DNA of 64,000 nucleotides, taken from an uncultured Clostridia bacterium. Its GTDB lineage: Bacteria; Bacillota; Clostridia; Christensenellales; CAG-314. The stretch spans positions 262,735 through 326,734 of the forward strand of contig CANOTO010000001.1 of assembly GCA_947570215.1 (NCBI GenBank), given 5' to 3'. This document shows positions 55,609 to 64,000 of this stretch, piece after piece. The first letter of the stretch is position 1; every line of letters begins with the position of its first letter. The translations under genes and the position numbers were made by a program. The notes beneath the pieces were generated by a model. That model worked only from the letters and a program-made list of their open reading frames with translations. It ran no database searches and was not told where the DNA came from.

Positions 55609-56718
55609 ATGAAGGTCGTAGAAATAACGGTTTGCAACATGCGCAATCTTGCAAAGCAAACGGTAAAACCAGCCGAACAACTGAATATTTTTACCGGCGA
55701 CAACGCGCAGGGCAAAACCAATCTTGTTGAAAGCGTATACTTGTGCTGCATAGGCAAAAGTCCGCGCACAGACAAGGACAAGGACATGATAAACTGGAAC
55801 AAGGACTACGCTTACGCCAAGGTAAAATACCGCTCGCGCTTCGGCTTGGGAGAAATCTACGTAGCCTTGCGGCAAAATGCAAAGAAGCAAGTTGCGATAA
55901 ACAACGCGCCTATTACCAAAATGGGCGAGCTAATGGGGTATCTAAACTGTATATACTTTTCTCCCAATGAAATACGAATAATAAGTCAATCGCCCGCCGA
56001 ACGCAGACGATTTCTCGATATAGACCTTTGTCAAACCGACAAAAATTACTTTTACAGTCTGTCGCGATTTAACAAGGCGCTATTGCAACGCAACAACCTA
56101 CTAAAACAAGCGCGCGACTTGGACGAAATACGGGATTTACTGTACGCTTGGAACAGACAGATTGCCGACGAAGGCGCGAAAATCGTACACAAGCGCAAGG
56201 AATTCTGCGACAAGCTGAAAATACACGCCGCGCGGTGTCACAACACGTTGTCCGACGGCAAAGAAGATCTGTCGCTTACCTACGTGACGCAGATAAAGGG
56301 CGACAGTCTTCAAGAACTTGCAGATAGCTACCTTAAAACGCTGAATGACGGCACCGAAAAGGATTTTCAGTTACGGCATACGTCGGCAGGCTGTCAGAGA
56401 GACGACGTATCGCTCAAAATAAACGGCGTGGACGTACGCGGTTTCGGCAGTCAAGGACAGCTGCGTACCACCGCGCTTGCGTTAAAGCTTGCGGAGCTGA
56501 GCATAATAAAGGAAACGATAGGCGAATGCCCCGTGCTTATATTAGACGACGTGCTGTCCGAGTTAGACGCCGACAGACAGAAGCGTCTGCTCAACTTCGA
56601 CCCCGACCTACAGATACTGTTGACAACCGCCACGGCAATTGACCCGTCGCTTATTCAAACGGACTGCAAATACTTTACGATTCGCAACGGGGTATGCGAA
56701 GAAAACAAAAGTTTATAA
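55609..56718 (+). CDS. recF: DNA replication and repair protein RecF
   Basis: Walker A GDNAQGKTN, signature GSQGQLRT, Walker B VLILDDV. The start was trimmed to the ATG at 55609. Confidence 0.9.
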   Translation: MKVVEITVCNMRNLAKQTVKPAEQLNIFTGDNAQGKTNLVESVYLCCIGKSPRTDKDKDMINWNKDYAYAKVKYRSRFGLGEIYVALRQNAKKQVAINNAPITKMGELMGYLNCIYFSPNEIRIISQSPAERRRFLDIDLCQTDKNYFYSLSRFNKALLQRNNLLKQARDLDEIRDLLYAWNRQIADEGAKIVHKRKEFCDKLKIHAARCHNTLSDGKEDLSLTYVTQIKGDSLQELADSYLKTLNDGTEKDFQLRHTSAGCQRDDVSLKINGVDVRGFGSQGQLRTTALALKLAELSIIKETIGECPVLILDDVLSELDADRQKRLLNFDPDLQILLTTATAIDPSLIQTDCKYFTIRNGVCEENKSL

Positions 56719-56760
56719 AACTTGCTAATTCATATTACATTTATATACGCAAAAATAAAT

Positions 56761-56794
56761 AAAAAAACTCGGACGTAACGTCCGAGTTTTTTTA
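56761..56794. terminator. Bidirectional terminator
   Basis: AAAAAAACTCGGACG-TAA-CGTCCGAGTTTTTTT. Confidence 0.8.
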
Positions 56795-56821
56795 TTTAGA
56801 AACTGCTAATCACGCCACAAC

Positions 56822-57025
56822 TTAATCAGTTATTCCCAATAAATAATCCGCAGAGATATTTAACTCTTTACAAATTAAAATCAACACATCCAAAGAAGGC
56901 TCTCTTTTACCTGTGCAATAGTTATTTACAACTCCTTGCGACATAGAAATTTTACGCGCAAGTGCCATTTGAGATAAGTTATTATCCGCTAATGCTTCGT
57001 TTAATCTATCTTTGAATTTATTCAT
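56822..57025 (-). CDS. XRE-family HTH regulator (67 aa), CI-like partner of a divergent pair
   Basis: LSQMALARKISMSQGVVNNYCTGKREPS is the HTH. Confidence 0.8.
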   Translation of the reverse strand: MNKFKDRLNEALADNNLSQMALARKISMSQGVVNNYCTGKREPSLDVLILICKELNISADYLLGITD

Positions 57026-57038
57026 AATATTATTTTAA

Positions 57039-57109
57039 GGCTTTTAGCCGTATTTGTCTTGACAAACGGCTAAAAGCCGTATATATTATTTGTATTGCTA
57101 ATAGCCGTA
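57039..57109. promoter_or_regulatory. Operator/promoter region between the divergent XRE genes
   Basis: 13-bp inverted repeat GGCTTTTAGCCGT (57039-57051) / ACGGCTAAAAGCC (57066-57078) flanks TTGACA (57059-64). After 17 nt comes TATATT (57082-87). The heptamer AGCCGTA occurs three times, at 57046, 57075 and 57103. Confidence 0.55.
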
Positions 57110-57127
57110 GGCTTGGGAGAACATTAA

Positions 57128-57328
57128 ATGGCCGTAAACCTAAACACAAAAATAATCGAACAATTTATGGCAGAAAACAGACTGTCGAAAAAGGAATTCT
57201 GTGCGCGATGTAAAATAAGTGTTGCGACGTATTACCGTATTATGCAAAACAAAGACGAAAATCTGCGGTCGCTATTCAAAATAGCCAAAACAATGGGCGT
57301 TCCGATAAAGACGCTCTTTATTTGTTAA
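57128..57328 (+). CDS. XRE-family HTH regulator (66 aa), Cro-like partner
   Basis: LSKKEFCARCKISVATYYRIMQNK is the HTH. RBS GGGAGAACATTAA. Confidence 0.75.
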   Translation: MAVNLNTKIIEQFMAENRLSKKEFCARCKISVATYYRIMQNKDENLRSLFKIAKTMGVPIKTLFIC

Positions 57329-57458
57329 ACCGAATTTGGAATGTTAGATTGTTTCTGCCCCGAAGGCAAAAACGGGCGCGACCGAATATCGCGCCCGTGC
57401 TTATCTGCGTATTGCAATACTATATACTCGGTTACCGCTCCGCCTGTACGTCGAAGTA

Positions 57459-57698
57459 TTAAAACGCAAAGCCGTTGACAGTGTTGAAAAAGCTGCTTCC
57501 CGTATTGGTAGTCGTCGTTGTTGTAGTAGTTTGTCCGTTATTGAGATTATTACCGCCGCAGCAGCGGTTATTGAAATAACAATTCAGCAGCAAGATAACG
57601 AACGCTATGCACAGCCCCGTAGTAAGGGACAGCTTGTTGTCCTTGTCCAACACGGCGTACAACAAAAGTAAATACAGTAAACTTGTTGTAATATTCAT
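57459..57698 (-). CDS. Small two-TM protein with a Cys/Asn/Thr-rich tail
   Basis: MNITTSLLYLLLLYAVL...LCIAFVILLLNCYFNNRCCGGNNLNNGQTTTTTTTTNTG... RBS GGGGGATTTTT. No family recognised. Confidence 0.5.
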   Translation of the reverse strand: MNITTSLLYLLLLYAVLDKDNKLSLTTGLCIAFVILLLNCYFNNRCCGGNNLNNGQTTTTTTTTNTGSSFFNTVNGFAF

Positions 57699-57892
57699 AA
57701 AAATCCCCCTAGTTTTTACAAACGTTGTTTTTTTACTACAATATGCGACAGCATTCTTTAACGTGCATAATATATCATTATTTTTGAAATAAGGTACAAG
57801 CCTGCGCCGACGGAAAACGACGGATATCGGATTGGCATACCGCGGCGGTTAATTGCACGCTTACTGTACTTTACTGCGCAAGGAGACAAATT

Positions 57893-58222
57893 ATGCTTAC
57901 TGCGACACCGCAAATATTAGACGACCTTGACTGCTATCTTCCCGACAACGACGCTACGGCGAAAATCGCGCGGTTTTTCGCCCTGCTCGCCGACCCATCG
58001 CGGGTTAAATTGCTGTCGGCGCTTGCAATCGCCCCGCTGTGCGTTACGGATTTGTCCAAAATACTCAATATGAACCAAACCACCGTCTCGCATCAGCTTC
58101 GGTTGTTGCGAGATACGGACGTAGTGAAATGCGAAAGGCAGGGCAAAATATTGAAATATAAAATATCCAACCCAAAGATTAACGAAATATTACTTGTGGG
58201 CGTAGAATATTTAGGATATTGA
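57893..58222 (+). CDS. ArsR/SmtB-family metalloregulator
   Basis: LADPSRVKLLSALAIAPLCVTDLSKILNMNQTTVSHQLRLLRD. Confidence 0.85.
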   Translation: MLTATPQILDDLDCYLPDNDATAKIARFFALLADPSRVKLLSALAIAPLCVTDLSKILNMNQTTVSHQLRLLRDTDVVKCERQGKILKYKISNPKINEILLVGVEYLGY

Positions 58223-58416
58223 AAAGGGCTTTGCGCGAAACCGAAAACGTAATTTTAATTCGTCAATTTGCAAAAACGCTTGAAATATTATACGAAAATG
58301 CTTAACAATGAGAACTGTTTGCTATAAAATATTAGTTATCAAGCTAAAACTTGTAATCGCCGCAACAAACAAAGCGAAAGCATTGTTAAATTTGGGCTAT
58401 GAAAAGGGAGAGAAAT

Positions 58417-59142
58417 ATGTACAAAAATTACGTTTTTGACGTTTACGGCACGTTGGTAGACATTCACACCAACGAATACGAGATTGCAACCTGGCAGAAG
58501 CTTGCAAAAACGCTTGCCTTTTACGACGTTAATTACACTGCGGAAGAATTGAAGGAAGCTTACTTTATGAGCTGCGACCTACAAATGAAGCAGGGAGAAA
58601 AGAAGTTCCAACACCCGGAAGTGGACGTTGTGGAAGTATTCCGTCATATATTCGAGAACAAAAACAAAAAGGCGAGCAAGGTTCTCGCCACCCACTTGGC
58701 GCAGGAGTTCAGAGCCTTTTCCACCGAAAGGCTGACGCTGTACAACGGCGTTACGGAAACGCTCGGCAAATTGAAACGCGCGAAGAAGAAGTTATTTATA
58801 CTATCCAACGCGCAACGGTGCTTTACCCGTCCCGAGTTAGTAAAATTAGGCTTGGCGAAATATTTTGCAGGCGTAGTATATTCTTCCGACTACGGCTGCG
58901 CAAAACCCGATCCGGCGCTTTTTAACATACTCGCAGACAAATACAAGCTGGACAAAAAGGAAACGGTATACATAGGCAACGACCCGTTAACTGACGTAAA
59001 CGGCGCGAAAAACGCAAAAATCGACTGCCTGTGGATAAAAACAAACCTGACCGATTACGACCAATCGCCCAAGCTTTCGCCCAAATACGAAATAAACAAC
59101 GGCGACTTTACGCAGATTGCGCAATTGCTGCTGAAAAAGTAA
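58417..59142 (+). CDS. HAD-superfamily hydrolase (subfamily IA-like)
   Basis: Motif I FDVYGTLVD, then ILSNA, then GNDPLTDVNGA. The start was trimmed to the ATG at 58417, which follows GGGAGAGAAAT. Confidence 0.8.
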   Translation: MYKNYVFDVYGTLVDIHTNEYEIATWQKLAKTLAFYDVNYTAEELKEAYFMSCDLQMKQGEKKFQHPEVDVVEVFRHIFENKNKKASKVLATHLAQEFRAFSTERLTLYNGVTETLGKLKRAKKKLFILSNAQRCFTRPELVKLGLAKYFAGVVYSSDYGCAKPDPALFNILADKYKLDKKETVYIGNDPLTDVNGAKNAKIDCLWIKTNLTDYDQSPKLSPKYEINNGDFTQIAQLLLKK

Positions 59143-59269
59143 AAACGAATTCGGCAATTCTATCATACAACAAAAAGCATTCGTCACAAAACAAACGAAT
59201 GCTTTTTTCATTAACAGAAACCGCCGCCGTGCGCAAGCGCATTTTGTTGGGAATGTTTTTCAAACCGCA

Positions 59270-59956
59270 TTAAATTCCGCGCAGCTGCGCCGACGGAACG
59301 TATTTCCGTACTATTTCGAGATAGCGTTTCATCGTATCTTCGCCGCAGCCAACAGTTGAGCCGTCTATCAAATCGCCGCTGTTAACGAACTTTTGCAGAT
59401 AATAACGTTTTGCGCCGACAAGCCACTTTGCCATATCTTCAATGTTTTGTTCGTCGTGGTAATTGCCTGTAACCGTAGTACGGAATTCGTAATCTACCAC
59501 TCCGCTTTTAAGCAGCTCGACGGATTGCTCTACCGCGCTTATGTCCGTAGTACAGCCCGCCGTTTCCGCATAGCGTTCGCGGCTGTTCTTGACGTCCATT
59601 GCCACATAGTCAACAAGTCCCGCTTCAATTATCGCGCGAAGCCTATCGGGAAACGCGCCGTTGGTATCCAGCTTTACCGAATAGCCCAAGTCCTTGACTC
59701 TGCGCAAAAACTCTTCCACGCCGCCTTGTATCAGCGGTTCGCCGCCCGTTAAGCACATTCCTTCGAGGACGCCGCGGCGCTTTTTTAAGAAAGCCAATAC
59801 TTCGCTTTCCATTATACGCCGTCCGCCGTTGCCGCACACAAGCGAGTTGTTGTGACAAAACGGACAGCGGAAGTTGCACCCCGCCGTAAATACCGTGCAC
59901 GCCACCTTGTCGGGATAGTCTAACAGAGTAAGATTTACCAAACCGCCGATTATCAT
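59270..59956 (-). CDS. nrdG: Anaerobic ribonucleotide reductase activating protein (radical SAM, NrdG2 type)
   Basis: GGLVNLTLLDYPDKVACTVFTAGCNFRCPFCHN..., TGGEPL, KLDTNG, EFRTTV. The start at the ATG at 59956 overlaps the psuG stop (ATGA). Confidence 0.85.
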   Translation of the reverse strand: MIIGGLVNLTLLDYPDKVACTVFTAGCNFRCPFCHNNSLVCGNGGRRIMESEVLAFLKKRRGVLEGMCLTGGEPLIQGGVEEFLRRVKDLGYSVKLDTNGAFPDRLRAIIEAGLVDYVAMDVKNSRERYAETAGCTTDISAVEQSVELLKSGVVDYEFRTTVTGNYHDEQNIEDMAKWLVGAKRYYLQKFVNSGDLIDGSTVGCGEDTMKRYLEIVRKYVPSAQLRGI

Positions 59957-60885
59957 TTGGCGCCTTCTTTGCGCAAAGCGGACAGCTCGCGGGCAATACC
60001 GCACGCCAAGCGAACATTATTGTACACCAATTGAATGTTCGCTTCGAGACTTTTTCCTTCCGTCAAACGTTGTATTCTGTCCAATAAGAACGGGGTGGTT
60101 TGCTTGCCGGATATTCCCAAATCGGCCGCGTCGGAAAGCGCGCGTTCTATATTGTGACTTATGTAGTCATAATCCATCGAATATTCGTCGGGGATAGGAT
60201 TGACTATCAGCATTCCGCCTTGAAGATTAAGCTGCGTCTTGGCGTAGTACGCTTGCGCGATTTCCCGCGCGGTATCCAAACGGTAATCTACCTTGAAACC
60301 GCTTTTTTGCGTGTAAAACGCCGGCATATCGTCCGTTTTGTAACCTATGACGGGAACGCCGCGCGTTTCCAAGCACTCCAATGTCAATCCTATATCCAAA
60401 ATAGACTTGGCTCCCGCGCACACCACCGCAACGCTCGTCTGCTGAAATTCGTCAAGGTCGGCGGAAATATCCATAGTCTTGTCGGAATGCCTGTGCGCGC
60501 CGCCTATTCCGCCCGTTGCAAAAACGTCAATCCCCGCAAGTTTGCAGGCGTACATTGTACCCGCTACCGTTGTTGCGCCGTCCGTTTGCTTGGCGACTAC
60601 TATCGGCAAATCCCGACGGGACACCTTGATAACGGACGTTCCCTTTTTGCCGAGCAATTCTATTTCTTTATCCGAACAGCCTATCGTAAGCGTTCCGCCG
60701 ATAACGGCGACGGTCGCGGGCACACAGCCGTTTTCGCGGACTATGCGCTCAACCGTTAACGCCGTTTGCACATTTTGCGGATAGGGCATTCCGTGTGAAA
60801 TTATCGTAGACTCCAACGCCACTACGGGTAAACCGTTTGATAGCGCGTCCGCTACTTCGGGGGATAATTTGTAAACCCGATTCAT
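59953..60885 (-). CDS. psuG: Pseudouridine-5'-phosphate glycosidase
   Basis: VVALESTIISHGMPYPQN, GGIGGAHR. The start was trimmed to the ATG at 60885, which follows AAGGAGAAAAACG. Confidence 0.9.
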   Translation of the reverse strand: MNRVYKLSPEVADALSNGLPVVALESTIISHGMPYPQNVQTALTVERIVRENGCVPATVAVIGGTLTIGCSDKEIELLGKKGTSVIKVSRRDLPIVVAKQTDGATTVAGTMYACKLAGIDVFATGGIGGAHRHSDKTMDISADLDEFQQTSVAVVCAGAKSILDIGLTLECLETRGVPVIGYKTDDMPAFYTQKSGFKVDYRLDTAREIAQAYYAKTQLNLQGGMLIVNPIPDEYSMDYDYISHNIERALSDAADLGISGKQTTPFLLDRIQRLTEGKSLEANIQLVYNNVRLACGIARELSALRKEGAK

Positions 60886-61240
60886 CGTTTTTCTCCTTAT
60901 CGGCGCCGCAGCCAATTGTAAAGTATACGGCGAATATCTTGTTATTATTATCCGCTAAACGCGCAAATTTGTCAACAAAGCGCGCGTGGGGACGAAGTAA
61001 ATTTTGCCGAGAATGCAGACAACGGCGTCGACAATAAAACAATATTGAAAAAGTGTATTTACTTTTGTTGCAAAAAGGTATATAATGTATATAATGCGAA
61101 ATATGGTTATTTGTAAAAATACACTGTAAATATCTGCTCCGACGGCGGCGCACGAACGCACAAAAGTTGTATTGCCAATTGCCCGCCGAAAGTCATAGAA
61201 TACTGTCGGAACAATTTTTATCGCAGTACGGAGGCGAAAA

Positions 61241-62665
61241 ATGAGAAAAACAAAAATCATCTGCACTCTCGGTCCCGCAAGCGGAACATACGACCAATTA
61301 AAGAAAATGGCGCTTGCCGGAATGAACGTGGCGCGCATAAATATGAGCCACGGCTCGTACGAAGAACACCAAGTAAAAATAGACAATATCAAAAAGGTTC
61401 GCCGAAGCCTTGGTATGCCTATCCCGATAATGATAGACACCAAGGGACCGGAAATCCGTATAGGAACGTTCGAAAAGGGCAAAATCGAAGTTACGGAAGG
61501 TATGCCGTTCGAATTCGTCAATTACGAAACAGTAGGCAACGAACAGCGTGTATCCATAACCTACAAAGACCTGTACAAAGACATACGCGTCGGCGCAAGC
61601 ATTCTGCTTAACGACGGCTTGCTCGTATTCGAAGTAAAGGACGTAGGCAAGGACGGCGCAATTAAGACGGAAGCTCAAAATTCGGGAACGCTGTCCGACC
61701 GCAAAGGCTTGTTCGTCCCCAACGTTAAGCTCAATATGCCGTTTCTTTCCGAACAGGACAAACGCGATCTTGACTTCGGCATTAAAAACGGCGCGGAAAT
61801 GTATGCGGCAAGCTTTGTTCAGGACGGACAGAGCGTGCGCGACATACGCGACTACTTAACAAGCCACGGAGCGAAGGACGTATGTATCGTTTCCAAAATA
61901 GAAAGTCAAAGCGGCGTAGACAACATTGACGAAATAATACGCGAAAGCGACGGCATAATGGTAGCCCGCGGCGACTTGGGCGTAGAACTGCCCTACGAAA
62001 AACTGCCCGCAATACAAAAAATGCTTATTACCAAAAGCCGCATGCAGGGCAAGTTTGTAATAACAGCCACCGAAATGTTGGAAAGTATGATAACCAAGCT
62101 GCGCCCGACTCGCGCGGAGATAGTAGACGTCGCCAACGCCGTATACGACGGTTCAAGCTGCGTAATGCTTTCCGCCGAAAGTGCGGTAGGCATCAACCCG
62201 CCCAACACCATCGCCACAATGGCGCGCATAGCCGAAGAAGCGGAACGCAACATAGACTACAAGCATATGTATACCGGCTCTCCCTTTACGCTCATGAACA
62301 ATACCGACGCGATATCTCACGCTACGGTAAATACGGCGTTCGATATAGACGCAAAAGCCATCGTCGTTTATACCGCAAGCGGCGTATCCGCGCGTATGGT
62401 TTCCCGCTTCCGCCCCGAAGCGCCCATTGTAGCCATGACCAACAGCGACAGGGTTTACCACCAATTGTCCCCCAGCTGGGGCGTTATACCCACAATATGC
62501 CAAACGTTTGACAACACAGACGATATGTTTATTAACGCCGAAGAAACGGTAAAACGCTTGGGACTGGCGCAAGAAGGGGACAACATAGTAATTACGGCGG
62601 GAGTACCCCTTGGCAAAAAAGCGGGCACCAACCTAATAAAAGTCGGCAGACTGAGCAACGATTAA
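61241..62665 (+). CDS. pyk: Pyruvate kinase
   Basis: MRKTKIICTLGPAS, MVARGDLGVE, 474 aa. Confidence 0.95.
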   Translation: MRKTKIICTLGPASGTYDQLKKMALAGMNVARINMSHGSYEEHQVKIDNIKKVRRSLGMPIPIMIDTKGPEIRIGTFEKGKIEVTEGMPFEFVNYETVGNEQRVSITYKDLYKDIRVGASILLNDGLLVFEVKDVGKDGAIKTEAQNSGTLSDRKGLFVPNVKLNMPFLSEQDKRDLDFGIKNGAEMYAASFVQDGQSVRDIRDYLTSHGAKDVCIVSKIESQSGVDNIDEIIRESDGIMVARGDLGVELPYEKLPAIQKMLITKSRMQGKFVITATEMLESMITKLRPTRAEIVDVANAVYDGSSCVMLSAESAVGINPPNTIATMARIAEEAERNIDYKHMYTGSPFTLMNNTDAISHATVNTAFDIDAKAIVVYTASGVSARMVSRFRPEAPIVAMTNSDRVYHQLSPSWGVIPTICQTFDNTDDMFINAEETVKRLGLAQEGDNIVITAGVPLGKKAGTNLIKVGRLSND

Positions 62666-62692
62666 AGGGTACGAATAAAAAGGACGGCAAAA

Positions 62693-62869
62693 ATGCTTGA
62701 TAAAATTATTAAAGGAATAGAAGACTTCGGCGACGAAATTGCCGAAGTGGGAAAGACAACGGTTAATCAAATCAAAACCGGCATAAACGACTGGAAGCAA
62801 AAAGAACGCGAAGCTCTCGCCAAAGAGATAGTAAAAGCCGAGCGCGAAGAAAGAGAAAAACATCTTTAA
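62693..62869 (+). CDS. Small charged helical protein (58 aa; below the ORF-track cutoff)
   Basis: AAAAGGACGGCAAAA-ATG. It translates to MLDKIIKGIEDFGDEIAEVGKTTVNQIKTGINDWKQKEREALAKEIVKAEREEREKHL* and is followed by a strong terminator. Confidence 0.45.
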   Translation: MLDKIIKGIEDFGDEIAEVGKTTVNQIKTGINDWKQKEREALAKEIVKAEREEREKHL

Positions 62870-62873
62870 CTGA

Positions 62874-62909
62874 AACCCGTCGGGAGATTAATCTCTCGAC
62901 GGGTTTTAA
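62874..62909. terminator. Bidirectional terminator
   Basis: AACCCGTCGGGAGAT-TA-ATCTCTCGACGGGTT followed by TTTAATT. Confidence 0.75.
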
Positions 62910-62923
62910 TTAAGCGAAATTAA

Positions 62924-63220
62924 CTAAATTACAGAAAGGAAATTTGCATAACGCATTATTAACGCTGCAAGATTATCCGAATCTATCAATCCATTACCAA
63001 TGGCTATTTTGAAGTATTGAGCGTTAAAGACGTCGAAAACGTCTTCCGACACGGGATACAATGTAGCGAATTCTTCATCGGGAACGTCTCTTATATCTTC
63101 TGCTTTGTCAATAATTGACGCAAAGGCGGTTTCTTGTATGGGTACAAGCACAATCATACTAAAACATAAAATTATGCAGATTACTAATATATATAATAAT
63201 TTTTGTTTGTATTTCGTCAT
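62924..63220 (-). CDS. Small membrane-anchored or secreted hypothetical protein
   Basis: MTKYKQKLLYILVICIILCFSMIVLV is an N-terminal anchor. Confidence 0.55.
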   Translation of the reverse strand: MTKYKQKLLYILVICIILCFSMIVLVPIQETAFASIIDKAEDIRDVPDEEFATLYPVSEDVFDVFNAQYFKIAIGNGLIDSDNLAALIMRYANFLSVI

Positions 63221-63262
63221 TATTTTTCTCCTGTGTTCTAATATAGCATTAATTTATTAACA

Positions 63263-63997
63263 TTACAGTCTGTGCTTTATAAAAAACCCCCAAAATATGC
63301 CGGGAATATTCTCCACATATTTGTCGCCGAACTCTTCGTATTTTTGTTTATAATACTGTAAATTGCCTTCGCATACGAATTCGTCCATAGAAACGAGATT
63401 TATGAATTTGCTGTCCCGTTTTATAGCCGGTACTCCGCGGCCATACAGATCCAACATATACAATTTTTGGTCAAGAACTCCCGCTACCGCATATGGACTG
63501 TGATTGTATTTGACAAATTCCCCATTGTCATTCACTTCAAATCGAAAATTCTCATTGTAACTCCGCTCCATCGGCTGCCATTGTCTGCCTTCGTACGGAT
63601 CGGGTTCAACGCCGTCTATACACACTCTATAGCGTTGCCAGCTATCCTGCATATAGCCTTCTTCTCTGAAATACATACCAATAAACGGGGTCGTTTTACG
63701 CATTGACACCGACGCAAAGCCGTACGGCTCGAATTCGATTAGAAAATATTGAAGCTTATCTTTGTTGTCGTATAACGGGTATAATTTATAACCTGTAATG
63801 TGGCTATATTCCTGTTTGCGCGTTTCGGGGTTTATGTACCGCTTTTCTATGCGCGGAGTTATCCTTGCAATGTGTTCTTCCAAGGTGTAGTCTTCCGGAC
63901 GCTCGATAGGGTGAATAGTACACCCGCACAAAGCAAAACAAAATAAACCCAAGCATATAACCGCAAGTGATAACGCTATTACTTTTTTCGATGTCAT
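63263..63997 (-). CDS. Hypothetical lipoprotein
   Basis: MTSKKVIALSLAVICLGLFCFALCGC lipobox. Confidence 0.65.
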   Translation of the reverse strand: MTSKKVIALSLAVICLGLFCFALCGCTIHPIERPEDYTLEEHIARITPRIEKRYINPETRKQEYSHITGYKLYPLYDNKDKLQYFLIEFEPYGFASVSMRKTTPFIGMYFREEGYMQDSWQRYRVCIDGVEPDPYEGRQWQPMERSYNENFRFEVNDNGEFVKYNHSPYAVAGVLDQKLYMLDLYGRGVPAIKRDSKFINLVSMDEFVCEGNLQYYKQKYEEFGDKYVENIPGIFWGFFIKHRL

Positions 63998-64000
63998 AAT

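Noticed and set aside
60955-61521. 188-aa - strand ORF covering the psuG-pyk intergenic region and the pyk 5' end.
   Set aside because: It overlaps the pyk start and promoter region, has no RBS, and has a low-complexity hydrophobic sequence.

Overview
This 64-kb window looks like chromosome from a spore-forming anaerobic Firmicute with Clostridia-like gene content. Supporting genes are spoIIE, spmA/spmB, nrdD + trxB, nrdG, gyrB-gyrA, recF, metG, argS and pyk. About 80% is ordinary housekeeping, plus an alpha-glucan utilisation set: a lipoprotein pullulanase, a cytoplasmic GH13 enzyme, a MalEFG-type importer, a LacI regulator and a repeat-built surface lipoprotein. Two accessory islands stand out. 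Island 1 (about 135-7661) holds a 1618-aa RHS/YD-repeat polymorphic toxin with no export signal I can recognise. A multi-pass membrane segment sits between its RHS core and the toxin tip. Its immunity candidate follows, then at least two promoterless orphan tip/immunity cassettes, one of them TNT-like (a candidate NADase). A 43-bp direct repeat brackets the island. A Com-like zinc-ribbon gene and two terminators precede it, and I can find no RHS promoter. Island 2 (26300-30547) abuts the 3' end of tRNA-Val and has no integrase. It carries a duplicated two-gene module: a phage MuF C-terminal stub fused to an uncharacterised ~115-aa domain, followed by a small protein with two SH3-like halves. 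The second copy begins exactly at a 143-bp perfect repeat. A phage-tail/IS3-transposase chimeric pseudogene lies between the copies. Smaller items are listed here:
- A G9 tract sits in the -35/-10 spacer of a surface-lipoprotein promoter, and a second G9 tract lies upstream of a small possible-lipoprotein gene.
- A 30-codon leader ORF plus an intrinsic terminator lies ahead of a BmrCD-like heterodimeric ABC exporter.
- NrdD is fused to a CPNC thioredoxin-fold domain and is followed by trxB.
- A pair of paralogous Cys4 mini-proteins sits divergent from a small XRE regulator, with palindromic operators between them.
- There is a stand-alone GlmU C-terminal acetyltransferase domain.
- An MDR dehydrogenase homologue lacks its catalytic zinc ligands.
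- recF and gyrB are arranged head to head.
All family assignments come from reading motifs by eye. No searches were run.
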